A DNA stretch of 64,000 bases from a virus (lineage: Duplodnaviria; Caudoviricetes): the IMG/VR virus record IMGVR_UViG_3300032218_003059, positions 22,242 to 86,241 of that record. One strand, given 5' to 3'. The notes under the pieces are model-generated. The model was not told the DNA's origin, made no database searches, and saw only the letters and a program-made list of their open reading frames with translations. Position numbers and translations under genes: made by a program. The stretch's first letter is position 1. Every line of letters begins with the position of its first letter. Shown here in pieces: positions 39,445 through 49,791 of the stretch.

Positions 39445-39757
39445 GAAGCAACCTTATATACTAATTAGCTTGTATCAGTCTTTATACAAAGATAAGTACG
39501 GACGTGTTCCAACAATAAATAAGTTTCGTGAAAAGTGGGCGATGCAAGACGTCATAGATAGCGTAGGATTTGATAGGGCTAAAGAGCTGCTTGAGTATTA
39601 TTTTGCCTTAAATAAAAATGGCCATCCCCTTCAGTTCTTCTTTTACAACTTTGACAAAATGGATTCTATTAAGGTAGAATCTGATAAAGATAAAGAAAAA
39701 AGAAAGTTGCTATTAGAGCAGACTAAAAAATTGGTAGAGCAAGGCGGAATAGAGTGA
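39434..39757 (+). CDS. Hypothetical protein preceding the helicase (possible loader)
   Basis: Position and translational coupling only. Confidence 0.5.
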   Translation: MASEKQPYILISLYQSLYKDKYGRVPTINKFREKWAMQDVIDSVGFDRAKELLEYYFALNKNGHPLQFFFYNFDKMDSIKVESDKDKEKRKLLLEQTKKLVEQGGIE

Positions 39758-41001
39758 ATACAGAAGCAACATTAATATCTGCTGTATGTAAGAATAAAGA
39801 CATTAGCACACTGCTAGCAGATAACGTAGACGATCTATTTACCTCACATAAAGATATTTGGGAAGGGCTAAAGTCTTATTACTATAAGTTTAAGGCTGTC
39901 CCAGAAGTTGGAATTCTTCAAGAAAGATTCTCCGACTTTGAGCCAGATGCAAATGCAAATGCTCAAACTGGATACTACTTAGATAAACTTAAAAACGAAT
40001 TTCTATCTAATAAGCTTAAGAATATAATCCTTAAAAGCGGTTCTGCTTTAAAGGAAGATGCAGCCTCTAGAGTTTTAGAGCAGATGCAAAGTCAGCTAGC
40101 ATCTTTAAGTAGATTTACAAATAATGTTCGTGACTTAGATATTACTGATGCAGAATCTGCAATTAGGCACATGGAGCTTCTTAGAGTTCGTTCGGCTGAA
40201 ATGGGTGGATCCCCAGGAATTAAAACTGGGTTTGAGGCAATTGATTTAGCTTATCCAACTGGAATGGCGCCAGGACATTTAATTGTTGCTATTGGTTGGC
40301 CAGGCCGTGGTAAGACATGGTTCACATCCTACCTTGCATGCAAGGCATGGGAGCAAGGCTTTAAGCCAATGATTGTATCACTTGAAATGTCTCCAGAAAA
40401 TATGCGTGACCGTATCTATACGATGCTCGGCTCTGGTTTGTTTAAAGCCTCTGATTTTTCTAAAGGAGACATTAACATTGATGACTTTAGATCATGGTCC
40501 ACAAAAAAGTTTGCAGATAAGAATAGTTTTATTCTTATTTCAAATGAGGGTAACACCGAAGTTACACCAGCAACTATTCAGGGGAAAATTGATCAGCACA
40601 AGCCAGACCTAGTTATCTTAGATTACCATCAACTATTTAATGATAACAAAAGAAGCAACTCGGAAGTTGAAAGAAATAGAAATGTGTCACGTGAGTTTAA
40701 GATGCTTGCCGTCTCAAATAACATTCCTATTATTGATATTACTGCAGCAACTGCAGACGATGTATCCGATCAGGATAATCCACCTATGATGAGCCAGGTT
40801 GCTTGGTCTAAAGCTATTGAGTATGATGCTGATATGGCTATGGCTGTACACAGATACCCAGGAACAAATATGATTGAAATTGTATCAAGAAAGAATAGAC
40901 ACGGACATGAGTTTGGATTGTATCTAGACTGGGATATCAATCGAGGTATCGTTAAAGAAATTTATGAGAATCCTTTCCAGAATGACTCACAAAAGAATTA
41001 A
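39754..41001 (+). CDS. dnaB: DnaB-like replicative helicase
   Basis: GWPGRGKT Walker A, SLEM, LVILDY, IEYDAD, KNRHG. Confidence 0.92.
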   Translation: MNTEATLISAVCKNKDISTLLADNVDDLFTSHKDIWEGLKSYYYKFKAVPEVGILQERFSDFEPDANANAQTGYYLDKLKNEFLSNKLKNIILKSGSALKEDAASRVLEQMQSQLASLSRFTNNVRDLDITDAESAIRHMELLRVRSAEMGGSPGIKTGFEAIDLAYPTGMAPGHLIVAIGWPGRGKTWFTSYLACKAWEQGFKPMIVSLEMSPENMRDRIYTMLGSGLFKASDFSKGDINIDDFRSWSTKKFADKNSFILISNEGNTEVTPATIQGKIDQHKPDLVILDYHQLFNDNKRSNSEVERNRNVSREFKMLAVSNNIPIIDITAATADDVSDQDNPPMMSQVAWSKAIEYDADMAMAVHRYPGTNMIEIVSRKNRHGHEFGLYLDWDINRGIVKEIYENPFQNDSQKN

Positions 41002-41281
41002 ACGATTTCAAATTGATGTACAGTTTCATGACAATGCACAGCTAATTAGCTTAAGGCCACAGTATGAAAACTTATTGACTCATGACATGAGATCTAAAGG
41101 ATACATCAGGGTACTTGACATGGACCCTGCATTTTCGGTAGAATTCAATGGTGAAACATGGAAGTTCTTAATGACACTTCACGGTATATATGTAGGAAAG
41201 AAGAAGGCATGGCAATTAGAGGGTACAACACAAAGCAGATTGATACCACGCAGTATGCCCCAGCACATATCAAGTCTATAG
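40964..41281 (+). CDS. Conserved hypothetical protein
   Basis: ORF between helicase and primase. Confidence 0.6.
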   Translation: MRILSRMTHKRIKRFQIDVQFHDNAQLISLRPQYENLLTHDMRSKGYIRVLDMDPAFSVEFNGETWKFLMTLHGIYVGKKKAWQLEGTTQSRLIPRSMPQHISSL

Positions 41282-42204
41282 TAAAATCTATAGGACTTGA
41301 AATTGTTGGTGAGACTAATAATGATTTTCTATGTTACTGCCCATTTCATTCCAATAGACACACATCAAGCTTTAGCGTAAGCCGTGAAAAGGGAGCATTC
41401 ATATGCTTTAATCCTTCATGCGGAGAATCTGGAACATTAATAGATTTAATTAAAAGAGTAATGAATAAAAATGATTTTCAAGCCATGAGATTTATATCTA
41501 CTAAAGAATCAGAAGCTCTTGATAACTTTGATGAATTGCTTTCAGAAGCAATGGAAGTTAAGCCAGACTTTGAAGAGTTTGATACTGAGATATTGGGAAA
41601 GCTTCACTCTGGAATTAAAGAGTCTGAAAAAGCAAAAGCGTATTTAAAATCCAGAGGAATTAACGATGAGTCTATTAATCATTTTGAATTAGGTTATTCA
41701 GAATCTTTAGATATGGTTGTTACCCCAGTACATAGTCCAGACGGAACACCAATTGGAATTGTCGGCAGATCCGTTGAAGGCAAGTCGTTTAAAAATAGTA
41801 CTAACTTGCCTAAGAGCAAAACCTTATTTAATGTCCATCGTGCAAAAAAAATTGGAGACCAGGTAATTGTAGTAGAGTCCAACTTTGACGCCATAAGAAT
41901 TCATCAGGCTGGATTTCCAAATGTAGTTGCCACACTAGGAGGATTTTTGTCAACAGAGCAACAGCGTATATTAAATAGATACTTTAATAAGATAATTATA
42001 ATGACTGATGCAGATCTAGCTGGAAGAGAATTAGGTAAAAGTATATCTAATAAATTAAAGAATAAAGACATCTTGTGGGCTTCGGATAGTTATGGTAAGA
42101 TATATCCACATGATGCAAAAGATGCTGGAGACATGACTGACCAAGAAATTGTTAAATGCATTAAAAATTCTGTATCCGATATTGAATACAGAACCTGGAA
42201 CTAA
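41209..42204 (+). CDS. dnaG: DNA primase
   Basis: CPFH..C..C zinc finger, Toprim VVESNFDA, DADLAG; ATG at 41209 preferred. Confidence 0.9.
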   Translation: MAIRGYNTKQIDTTQYAPAHIKSIVKSIGLEIVGETNNDFLCYCPFHSNRHTSSFSVSREKGAFICFNPSCGESGTLIDLIKRVMNKNDFQAMRFISTKESEALDNFDELLSEAMEVKPDFEEFDTEILGKLHSGIKESEKAKAYLKSRGINDESINHFELGYSESLDMVVTPVHSPDGTPIGIVGRSVEGKSFKNSTNLPKSKTLFNVHRAKKIGDQVIVVESNFDAIRIHQAGFPNVVATLGGFLSTEQQRILNRYFNKIIIMTDADLAGRELGKSISNKLKNKDILWASDSYGKIYPHDAKDAGDMTDQEIVKCIKNSVSDIEYRTWN

Positions 42205-42261
42205 TGGTATAATAGTTATACAGATGGATTTACACCATCAACTACATGAAACGAGGAACAA

Positions 42262-42936
42262 ATGGGTATAGTAAAAGGACTTAAAGATTTAAATAAGGCA
42301 CTAGATAAGCCTACTTACAGCGAATCTGATTCTAAAGGTCGCTGGGTAAAGCTAGAAGATAGCGAGAGCGTAAAGATTCGATTCTTGCAGGAACTTGATC
42401 CAGACTCACCAACTTACAATGAAAAAAATGGCTTGGGCTTTATTGCCGTCGAGCACACAAATCCAAAGGACTATCGTCGCAAGGCGCTATGTAGCATGGA
42501 AGATCAAGGCAAGTGCTACGGTTGTGAACAGCATCGCAAGGATTACAAGGCTGGCTGGAAAGGCCGCTCAAGACTTTACATGAATGTTCTTGTAGATGAT
42601 GGCAAGGAAGATCCATATGTAGCAATTCTTTCACAAGGCTCAAGTGGTAAGACTATTACTCCTACTCTTATTGAGTATGCTGGAGAAATGGGTTCAATCA
42701 CAAATCTTATGTGGCGCATTAAGCGCTCAGGAACAAAGACAGACACAAGCTATACAATTATCCCATTGGCTAAAGATGAGACACCGTTTGACTATTCAGC
42801 AATTGAATTGTTTGACCTTGAAGCATCAGCAGTGCGTGATTTGCCTTACACAGAGCAGGAAGCGTTCTTTGCAGGAGAGCATTCAAATGCAGAAGAGCCA
42901 GCTCAATCATCAACTAGTAGCAATTTAGACTGGTAA
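42262..42936 (+). CDS. Single-stranded DNA-binding protein (gp32-like)
   Basis: KIRFL, EH..C..CYGC zinc motif, acidic tail ending in W; TGGTATAAT at 42205-42213. Confidence 0.75.
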   Translation: MGIVKGLKDLNKALDKPTYSESDSKGRWVKLEDSESVKIRFLQELDPDSPTYNEKNGLGFIAVEHTNPKDYRRKALCSMEDQGKCYGCEQHRKDYKAGWKGRSRLYMNVLVDDGKEDPYVAILSQGSSGKTITPTLIEYAGEMGSITNLMWRIKRSGTKTDTSYTIIPLAKDETPFDYSAIELFDLEASAVRDLPYTEQEAFFAGEHSNAEEPAQSSTSSNLDW

Positions 42937-42945
42937 CATTTTGGC

Positions 42946-42969
42946 AGAGGGTAGGGCAACCTACCCTCT
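42946..42969 (+). other. Perfect 10-bp GNRA-tetraloop hairpin abutting tRNA-Leu
   Basis: AGAGGGTAGG-GCAA-CCTACCCTCT. Confidence 0.75.
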
Positions 42970-42972
42970 TAT

Positions 42973-43045
42973 GCCAGAGTAGCCCAGCGGTAGAGGCGGT
43001 AGACTTAAAATCTATACAGCGTGGGTTCGAATCCCACCTTTGGTA
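42973..43045 (+). tRNA. tRNA-Leu(TAA), short variable loop, no encoded CCA
   Basis: Cloverleaf: GCCAGAG/CTTTGGT acceptor, GTAGA-CTTAAAA-TCTAT anticodon arm, TTCGAAT T-loop. Confidence 0.9.
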
Positions 43046-43065
43046 CATAAAAGAAAACGGCGGAA

Positions 43066-43272
43066 ATGATTAACTTAGAGATACCAGACCCATTTGATAC
43101 ATTTGTATCAAAGAAGTACAAAGATTTTAAAGGCATGCTCTATGACTTCTTTGCACAAGAATGGCATATGAATTGCAATTGCTGCAATGAAGATTTATAC
43201 GCTCCAAATAAAAAAACTATGACAAAGATTAGACTTTATCATACTAGAAATGAATGTACAGGCGGATACTAA
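43066..43272 (+). CDS. Small Cys-containing hypothetical protein
   Basis: CNCC motif; overlaps the DnaE start. Confidence 0.55.
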   Translation: MINLEIPDPFDTFVSKKYKDFKGMLYDFFAQEWHMNCNCCNEDLYAPNKKTMTKIRLYHTRNECTGGY

Positions 43273-46200
43273 TGAGCTTTACACACCTTCACGTTCACTC
43301 ATACTATTCATTAATGGATGGATTAAATTCACCAAAAGAATTGTGCCAGGCAGCCTTAGATGCTGGGCAGACAGCAATTGCAATTACAGATCATGGCACA
43401 TTGTCCTCACACCGTGATATGCAAATTGCAGCAAAAGAATTAGGCATAAAGCCCATACTTGGTGTTGAAGCATATATATCCCCAACAGATAGATTTGATA
43501 GATCATCTAAAACAGACAAATCTATTCAAGCTTACAACCACATCATCTTGCTTGCTAAAAACAAAAAGGGTTTAGAGAATATTAATATTTTACAGGAGCT
43601 GGCATGGAACGAAGGCTTTTATCATAAGCCTCGTATTGACAGAGAGGTTTTAAATGAGTACAAAGAAGGGATTATTGTTCTTTCTGGATGTCTTAATGGT
43701 CTTATTTCGAAGTGCATTGAAAAGGGTGAGTTTGAAGAAGCAAAGTCTATCTTACAAAATTTTAAAAAAAATTTTGCTGAAGATTTCTATATTGAAGTGC
43801 AGTCTCACAATCCCAAAGAAATAAATTCAAAGCTTCTCGAATTAGCGGATGAACTTAAAATTAAAGCGGTAGCAACAGGAGATGCTCACTTTGCTAAAGA
43901 ACAAGATAGAATACTAGAAGAGGCATTGCTTATTTTATCTACATCACCAAAGGCGGATAAAGATTCAGACTTTGACATGTCTAGAAATATGGGAAACATG
44001 TTAGATAGATTTAATTATCTTTATCCAGATCGTAGAATATCATTTCAAGATATGAATTTATTTATACAGTCACGAACAGAAATTGAAGCTGATTTTAATA
44101 AGGCTGGAATTTCTCGTACGGATATATATGAAAATACAATGGAAATTCAAAACAAAATTGGTGAATATGATTTCTATCAGAACCTAGACCTTCTGCCAGT
44201 TCCAAAAACTGATGCCGATGATAAGCTTAGGGAGATGGCTTACAGTGGCTTAGATAGGCTTCAGAAGGCTTCAGACCAGGTGTATATTGACCGTGTAGAA
44301 GAAGAGCTTTCAGTAATTGCCTCTAAAAACTTTGCATCATACTTTCTTGTAATTGCAGATATGATTAACTGGGCTAAAGAAAATAATATTAAAGTGGGTC
44401 CAGGTCGTGGATCTGCAGCAGGATCTTTAGTTTGTTATTCATTAGGAATTACAGATGTAGACCCAATTAAATATGACCTATTGTTTTTTAGATTTATTAA
44501 CCCTGAGCGTAATGACTTTCCAGATATTGATACCGACTTTGAAGATCGCCGTCGCAAAGAGGTTAAAGATTACTTGAAGAAAAAATTTAAGCATGTAGCT
44601 TCAATTTCAACATATACTTATTTTAAAGACAAGGGTGTTGTCAGAGATGCTGCACGTGTGTTCATGGTTCCCCTTCAAGAAGTTAATCGTGCACTAAAAC
44701 CAGTAGACACATTTGAAGATTTTATGGAGTCTCCAAACACAAAAGAATTTAGAATGCGATACCCAGAAGTTGTTTGGCTTGCAGAAAGACTAAGGGGAAG
44801 AATTCGTTCTGTAGGAGTTCATGCTGCTGGAGTTGTTGTAGCTAAAGATGATTTAAGAAAATATGCTCCAGTAGAATCACGTGAAGATTCTCAAGATAAA
44901 GTATCAGGAAGAATTCCTGTCGTGGCATACGATATGGATACGGTTGCAGATATAGGTCTTATTAAACTAGATGCCCTAGGACTTAAGACTTTATCTGTAA
45001 TCTCAGATACTCTAAGCTCAATTGAAAAGAGACATAAAAAGAAAATTGATATTTCTAAATTGCCTTTAGACGACCCAAAAGTTTATCAAATGCTAAGCGA
45101 AGGATATACAAAGGGAGTGTTTCAGGCAGAAGCCACACCTTACACAAACCTGCTTATGAAAATGGGAGTAGACAAGTTTGAAGACTTGGTGGCATCAAAT
45201 GCTTTGGTTCGTCCAGGAGCCATGAACACGGTAGGAGCAGCTTATATTAATAGAAAGAATGGCAAGGAGGCTGTTGATTACAGCCATGTCATAATGAAGG
45301 AGTTTACAGAAAACACTTATGGTGTTATTATATATCAAGAGCAGGTTATGCAGGCATGCGTACACCTAGGAGGGATGTCATGGTCAGAGGCCGATAAGGT
45401 CCGTAAGATCATCGGTAAAAAGAAAGATGCAAAAGAGTTCGACCAGTTCAAGGATAGGTTTATTACTGGGGCTTCAAAACACATTTCTGAGAAAAAGGCT
45501 TCCAATCTCTGGCATGATTTTGAGGCTCACGCTGGGTATTCCTTTAATCGTTCTCATGCTGTTGCTTACTCCATGCTATCTTATTACACTGCTTGGCTTA
45601 AGACTTATTATCCTTTGGAATTCATGTTCTCGATTCTTAAAAATGAAAATGATAAAGATGCGAGGACGGAATACTTAATTGAGTCCAAGAGACTTGGACT
45701 AAGTATTAAGCTTCCACACGTTAATGAATCAGATATTTATTTTTCCTTACAGGGAGAGTCAATTAGATTTGGTTTGGCAGAAGTAAAATTTATTTCTGAC
45801 AGTATTGCAAATAAAATAATGGAGAAAAGACCTTATGCAAACTATAAAGACTTTGTTGAAAAAGCATCTAAAAAAGGTAGCGGTATTAATAGTAGGGCTA
45901 TCTCTGCTCTCAATTCCATCGGTGGTGCGGCGTTTCCTGATAATCCGAGACAAGGCAATGAAAAAGACAACTACTACGAATACCTAGGAATACCAACATT
46001 CAATCTTGAAGGAATTCCTCCAAGAATTAAGGCACAGGCAAGACCAATTGAAGACTTCGATGACCTTGGTTCGTTTGTAATGTTTGGTATGGTTAAAAAT
46101 ATTAAGCGAGGAACAGGCTGGGCAAGAGTAGAGCTTGTTGACGAGACTGGCACAGTTGGGCTATTTCATCACGAAGATACTCAAATAGAAGTAAATCAGA

Positions 46201-46541
46201 TGTACCTTATCCTAGTTGGAGATAATAGAATAGCAAGATATATTAATGTAAAAGATGTTGATCCAAAACTAGATGACTTGTTTGTAGACTACCTATATAG
46301 GAAAGAGTATGATTTAGAGGAAGATGAATATATTGTAGTTAACTTTACTAATTATAAAACAAAAGCTGGCAAAATGATGAGCCACATAGTTCTATCAAAT
46401 TCTAATAAGGAGTTGACAAGAGTCATTGTATTTCCTACAATGTATAAGATGTCTATAGCAAAAATGCGAGAAGGAATGAAGTGTAAGTTAGTGCTGTCAA
46501 AGCTGGATGATGGAACTTTAAATGTTAAGGAGATTTTATGA
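43272..46541 (+). CDS. dnaE: DNA polymerase III alpha subunit (family C)
   Basis: HLHVHS/ITDHG PHP domain, GRGSAAGS, PDIDTD, HAAGVV, KLDALG, YSFNRSH; ATG at 43272 preferred. Confidence 0.96.
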   Translation: MSFTHLHVHSYYSLMDGLNSPKELCQAALDAGQTAIAITDHGTLSSHRDMQIAAKELGIKPILGVEAYISPTDRFDRSSKTDKSIQAYNHIILLAKNKKGLENINILQELAWNEGFYHKPRIDREVLNEYKEGIIVLSGCLNGLISKCIEKGEFEEAKSILQNFKKNFAEDFYIEVQSHNPKEINSKLLELADELKIKAVATGDAHFAKEQDRILEEALLILSTSPKADKDSDFDMSRNMGNMLDRFNYLYPDRRISFQDMNLFIQSRTEIEADFNKAGISRTDIYENTMEIQNKIGEYDFYQNLDLLPVPKTDADDKLREMAYSGLDRLQKASDQVYIDRVEEELSVIASKNFASYFLVIADMINWAKENNIKVGPGRGSAAGSLVCYSLGITDVDPIKYDLLFFRFINPERNDFPDIDTDFEDRRRKEVKDYLKKKFKHVASISTYTYFKDKGVVRDAARVFMVPLQEVNRALKPVDTFEDFMESPNTKEFRMRYPEVVWLAERLRGRIRSVGVHAAGVVVAKDDLRKYAPVESREDSQDKVSGRIPVVAYDMDTVADIGLIKLDALGLKTLSVISDTLSSIEKRHKKKIDISKLPLDDPKVYQMLSEGYTKGVFQAEATPYTNLLMKMGVDKFEDLVASNALVRPGAMNTVGAAYINRKNGKEAVDYSHVIMKEFTENTYGVIIYQEQVMQACVHLGGMSWSEADKVRKIIGKKKDAKEFDQFKDRFITGASKHISEKKASNLWHDFEAHAGYSFNRSHAVAYSMLSYYTAWLKTYYPLEFMFSILKNENDKDARTEYLIESKRLGLSIKLPHVNESDIYFSLQGESIRFGLAEVKFISDSIANKIMEKRPYANYKDFVEKASKKGSGINSRAISALNSIGGAAFPDNPRQGNEKDNYYEYLGIPTFNLEGIPPRIKAQARPIEDFDDLGSFVMFGMVKNIKRGTGWARVELVDETGTVGLFHHEDTQIEVNQMYLILVGDNRIARYINVKDVDPKLDDLFVDYLYRKEYDLEEDEYIVVNFTNYKTKAGKMMSHIVLSNSNKELTRVIVFPTMYKMSIAKMREGMKCKLVLSKLDDGTLNVKEIL

Positions 46542-46607
46542 CAAAGACAAGAAAATTCATTGAGGCAAAAATGCTAATTGAAGAGGATTTAATTAGAGAG
46601 ACATGGG

Positions 46608-46973
46608 ATGAAAATAATGTCAACTAGCTCGCTTGCAAAAATTAAATCTAGGTTAAACTCCTCTAATATGTTAACAGCAATCTTATATACTTTAGGATCA
46701 ATAGAAGTTAAAAAAGAAGAACTAGAAAAAATATTAGATTATCAAAAACCTGAGCACTTAATGGATTTAAATGTAGATGCTACGTATAAAGAAGATTTTA
46801 TGGATTATATTAAGTATCGAGGTGGTTACGCTTCGTTAGAATATGATGAGCATTCTGAAACAATTAAGTTTACACTTATGTCCAGAGAAAATGCTGAAGA
46901 AAGAATGAAGGAAGGCAAGTCACTCGGATTTGTCTGTGTTAGATCGTATTGGAATGATTATGCCCACTCATGA
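46608..46973 (+). CDS. Hypothetical protein, paralogue 1 of a four-member family
   Basis: LNSSNMLTAIL...YDEHSETIKFTL. Confidence 0.6.
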   Translation: MKIMSTSSLAKIKSRLNSSNMLTAILYTLGSIEVKKEELEKILDYQKPEHLMDLNVDATYKEDFMDYIKYRGGYASLEYDEHSETIKFTLMSRENAEERMKEGKSLGFVCVRSYWNDYAHS

Positions 46974-47427
46974 TGAAGACATATATACCTCTGATGGAGC
47001 AAGCATCAGAGAAGATGTAGTAAATAAAAGAAAAGAAGACGTTACTGATATCTATCAGAAGCTTAACTCCTCTATATTGCTTGCAGCTATTTTAAAAAAT
47101 ATGTCTGGGGTAGTGCTTAAAAGAGAAGATATGTTGGACCTTAGACTGTCTAAGCCAATTCCAAATGGAGATGTTAACCCTTATGATGAAGATTATACTG
47201 ATTACATTAAAGAATTAGGCGGACACGTATTGGTTCAGTATGATGAGCAGACAGATGAAATAAAATTTAGACTGTGCGATGAAATTGAAGGAGACAAGAT
47301 TATTGAAGAAAGAAACTGTATTGGTTTCTTTTCAATACGACGCCCATGGAATATGCAGGGCTGGGGAAACAGCGTCTACAAGAGACAATTCCCTTACATA
47401 CAGGAGGATCAAAATGGAACAAATTAA
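46960..47427 (+). CDS. Hypothetical protein, paralogue 2
   Basis: LNSSILLAAIL...YDEQTDEIKFRL; start uncertain (46930-46960). Confidence 0.65.
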   Translation: MPTHDEDIYTSDGASIREDVVNKRKEDVTDIYQKLNSSILLAAILKNMSGVVLKREDMLDLRLSKPIPNGDVNPYDEDYTDYIKELGGHVLVQYDEQTDEIKFRLCDEIEGDKIIEERNCIGFFSIRRPWNMQGWGNSVYKRQFPYIQEDQNGTN

Positions 47428-47617
47428 TCAACAGGAAATTTTTGAGAGCTTAAACATTACAAAAATATTACTTGCAATATTAGAAACAAATAAAACAATA
47501 AGAATTCCAGCCCTAAATTTCCTTGATGCTGGAAACGAAGAGAAGTCCTTGCAAGTAGACTATGATGAAGATTCACAGGAGTTTGTATTTAAGCTAAAAG
47601 ATACAATCAGTGAATAA
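47414..47617 (+). CDS. Hypothetical protein, paralogue 3 (short form)
   Basis: AGGAGG RBS at 47402; LNITKILLAIL...YDEDSQEFVFKL. Confidence 0.7.
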   Translation: MEQINQQEIFESLNITKILLAILETNKTIRIPALNFLDAGNEEKSLQVDYDEDSQEFVFKLKDTISE

Positions 47618-47957
47618 GGGTTCCCTGGTCACAGACTACGGCCTTGACGCATTGGCAGCAATTTTACACGAGACAGCTATATCAAAAGGATTTTGGGAAG
47701 GCTCAAGAAATTATGATCAAATTGGCAATAAGCTTGCTCTTGTACATTCGGAAGTTACTGAGGTTTTGGAAGCTATCCGTAAAAATAAAGGGTCTCAAGA
47801 AATTGTAGAAGAAATGGCAGATGTTTTAATTAGATTGCTAGATCTATATGCAGCTATGAGAAATGCTACATTTATTGAACATAGTTTAGATGAAGTTTTG
47901 TTTGCAAAAATGGAAAAAAATAATACTAGGCCAAGACTTCACGGCAATTTGTTTTAA
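47610..47957 (+). CDS. MazG-like nucleotide pyrophosphohydrolase
   Basis: LALVHSEVTEVLEAIRK..EEMADVLIR all-alpha NTP-PPase motif. Confidence 0.85.
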   Translation: MNKGSLVTDYGLDALAAILHETAISKGFWEGSRNYDQIGNKLALVHSEVTEVLEAIRKNKGSQEIVEEMADVLIRLLDLYAAMRNATFIEHSLDEVLFAKMEKNNTRPRLHGNLF

Positions 47958-47972
47958 TGCTATACTAATATT

Positions 47973-48299
47973 ATGGATATGATGAAAGCCATTAAAGCGT
48001 TTGATAACCTTAGAGCAACAACGGCACTTGTTGCAATATTAAAACATCAGGGAAAAATTTCTGTACCAGCAAATATATTTGAAGATTTGCTTTCAGAACA
48101 AGTTTGGCCAGATGATTTTATAACTAAAAATGGTAGCGCAATGTGTGTTACTTATGATGAGTCTAAAAATGAGTTTGGGTTTGAGTTAATGTATGAAGAT
48201 GACGGGTATAAGCCATTAAATACAATTGGATTTCAATGTACAAGAGGAAATTTAGAAGTAGGTTTTGTAGATTACAATAGCCCGCATTATAGAAAGTGA
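47973..48299 (+). CDS. Hypothetical protein, paralogue 4
   Basis: LRATTALVAIL...YDESKNEFGFEL. Confidence 0.65.
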   Translation: MDMMKAIKAFDNLRATTALVAILKHQGKISVPANIFEDLLSEQVWPDDFITKNGSAMCVTYDESKNEFGFELMYEDDGYKPLNTIGFQCTRGNLEVGFVDYNSPHYRK

Positions 48300-48303
48300 T
48301 AAA

Positions 48304-49308
48304 ATGACGATAGATATAGATAGCATACTAGCAAAACTTGATCCAAAAACTAGAGCAAGAGTTACAGCTGCACAAGATGTAGTTATACAAAAACAAGTTA
48401 CTCCTAGTATTGGATTAAATATGGCTCTAAAGGGAGGTCTTGGATACGGAAGACAGACTTTAGTTTGGGGTAACAAATCTGCTGGCAAATCATCATTTTG
48501 TTTACAAATGATTGCATTAGCACAACAAGAAGGAAAAACCTGTGCCTGGATTGATGCAGAAGATTCTTATGATCCAAGTTGGGCAGAGTCATTAGGTGTG
48601 GACTCATCATTATTAATTCACTCAAAAGCTAAAACAGTTAATGACATGGTAGATGTTGCAACAAAGCTTATGGATGCTGGCGTAGATGTAATTGTTGTTG
48701 ATTCAATTTCAGCACTATTACCCGCTATTTATTTTGAAAAAGACGGAAATGAAATGAAAGATTTACAAGACACTAAGCAAATCGGCGCTGAAGCAAAGGA
48801 TATGACCCACGCAGTCAAGATGTTAAATTATGCAAACAAAAACACATTACTTATTCTCATCTCACAACAACGAAATCAGTTTGGATCTATGCATGCTAGT
48901 CACATCCCCACAGGTGGGATGGCAGTCAAGTTCTTTTCTTCAACCGTCATCAAGCTTTGGTCTTCTGAGGCTGAGGCTAATGCTATTAAGGCTGGCGTTA
49001 AAGTTGGCGACAAAATTATCGAGCAAAGAGTCGGAAGGCCAGTTAATTGGATTATTGATTACAACAAACTTGGCCCCCCAAATTTATCAGGACAATATGA
49101 CTTTTACTACCAAGGGGAGGCTCTTGGTGTAGATAGGGTTGGCGAAACATTAGATGTTGCAGAAATGACTGGCGCAGTTGAAAAAGGAGGAGCTTGGTAT
49201 ACAATTGGAACAGAGCGTTTTCAAGGTAGGGCAAAAGCAGTTCAATACCTTAGAAATAATCCAGAAGTTGTTGCTAAACTAATTGGAGATATAAATGCCA
49301 AACATTAA
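48304..49308 (+). CDS. recA: RecA/UvsX-like recombinase
   Basis: GNKSAGKS Walker A, WIDAE, VVDSI, GGMAVKF, KGGAWY. Confidence 0.92.
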   Translation: MTIDIDSILAKLDPKTRARVTAAQDVVIQKQVTPSIGLNMALKGGLGYGRQTLVWGNKSAGKSSFCLQMIALAQQEGKTCAWIDAEDSYDPSWAESLGVDSSLLIHSKAKTVNDMVDVATKLMDAGVDVIVVDSISALLPAIYFEKDGNEMKDLQDTKQIGAEAKDMTHAVKMLNYANKNTLLILISQQRNQFGSMHASHIPTGGMAVKFFSSTVIKLWSSEAEANAIKAGVKVGDKIIEQRVGRPVNWIIDYNKLGPPNLSGQYDFYYQGEALGVDRVGETLDVAEMTGAVEKGGAWYTIGTERFQGRAKAVQYLRNNPEVVAKLIGDINAKH

Positions 49309-49486
49309 TGAATTTTTAAATAAAAGTAGTATCGAGCAAGTACATTCCACATTGGAAAAGCTTGATGGGATTAGGCCTTGTGCTCAATGTAAGGAAGATG
49401 TGGATGGTGGGTTGTGGGATCCAATTGATCTTAAAATGACATGGAAGTGCTCTTCTGGGCATGAAAATTCATTTCAGGTGCAATAG
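49295..49486 (+). CDS. Small zinc-ribbon protein
   Basis: CAQC...CSSGH. Confidence 0.65.
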   Translation: MPNINEFLNKSSIEQVHSTLEKLDGIRPCAQCKEDVDGGLWDPIDLKMTWKCSSGHENSFQVQ

Positions 49487-49791
49487 TGTCTGAAAGATCA
49501 GAGGTTAAAAGAGATAGGGCTAAGGCTCAAAAAAATTCTGGACGTGGCGACTATCAAAAGGGTGACGCACAGTGGAATAAGTTCCTTGTGGACTACAAAG
49601 AGGCTTCAAGATCTTTTACTTTAAACAAAGATGTATGGGCAAAAATATGCACAGATACCTTTAAAGTAAATAGGGATATGCACCCAGCTTTAAAAATTAT
49701 TATAGGAACGGAATCCAAGGTAAGACTTGGTATAATAGAATGGTCAATTTTAGAAGAACTAATCGAATTCTGGGAGGAAAACAATGGATAA
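49486..49791 (+). CDS. PD-(D/E)XK resolvase-like nuclease
   Basis: NSGRG..KGD..FLVDYK. Confidence 0.65.
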   Translation: MSERSEVKRDRAKAQKNSGRGDYQKGDAQWNKFLVDYKEASRSFTLNKDVWAKICTDTFKVNRDMHPALKIIIGTESKVRLGIIEWSILEELIEFWEENNG

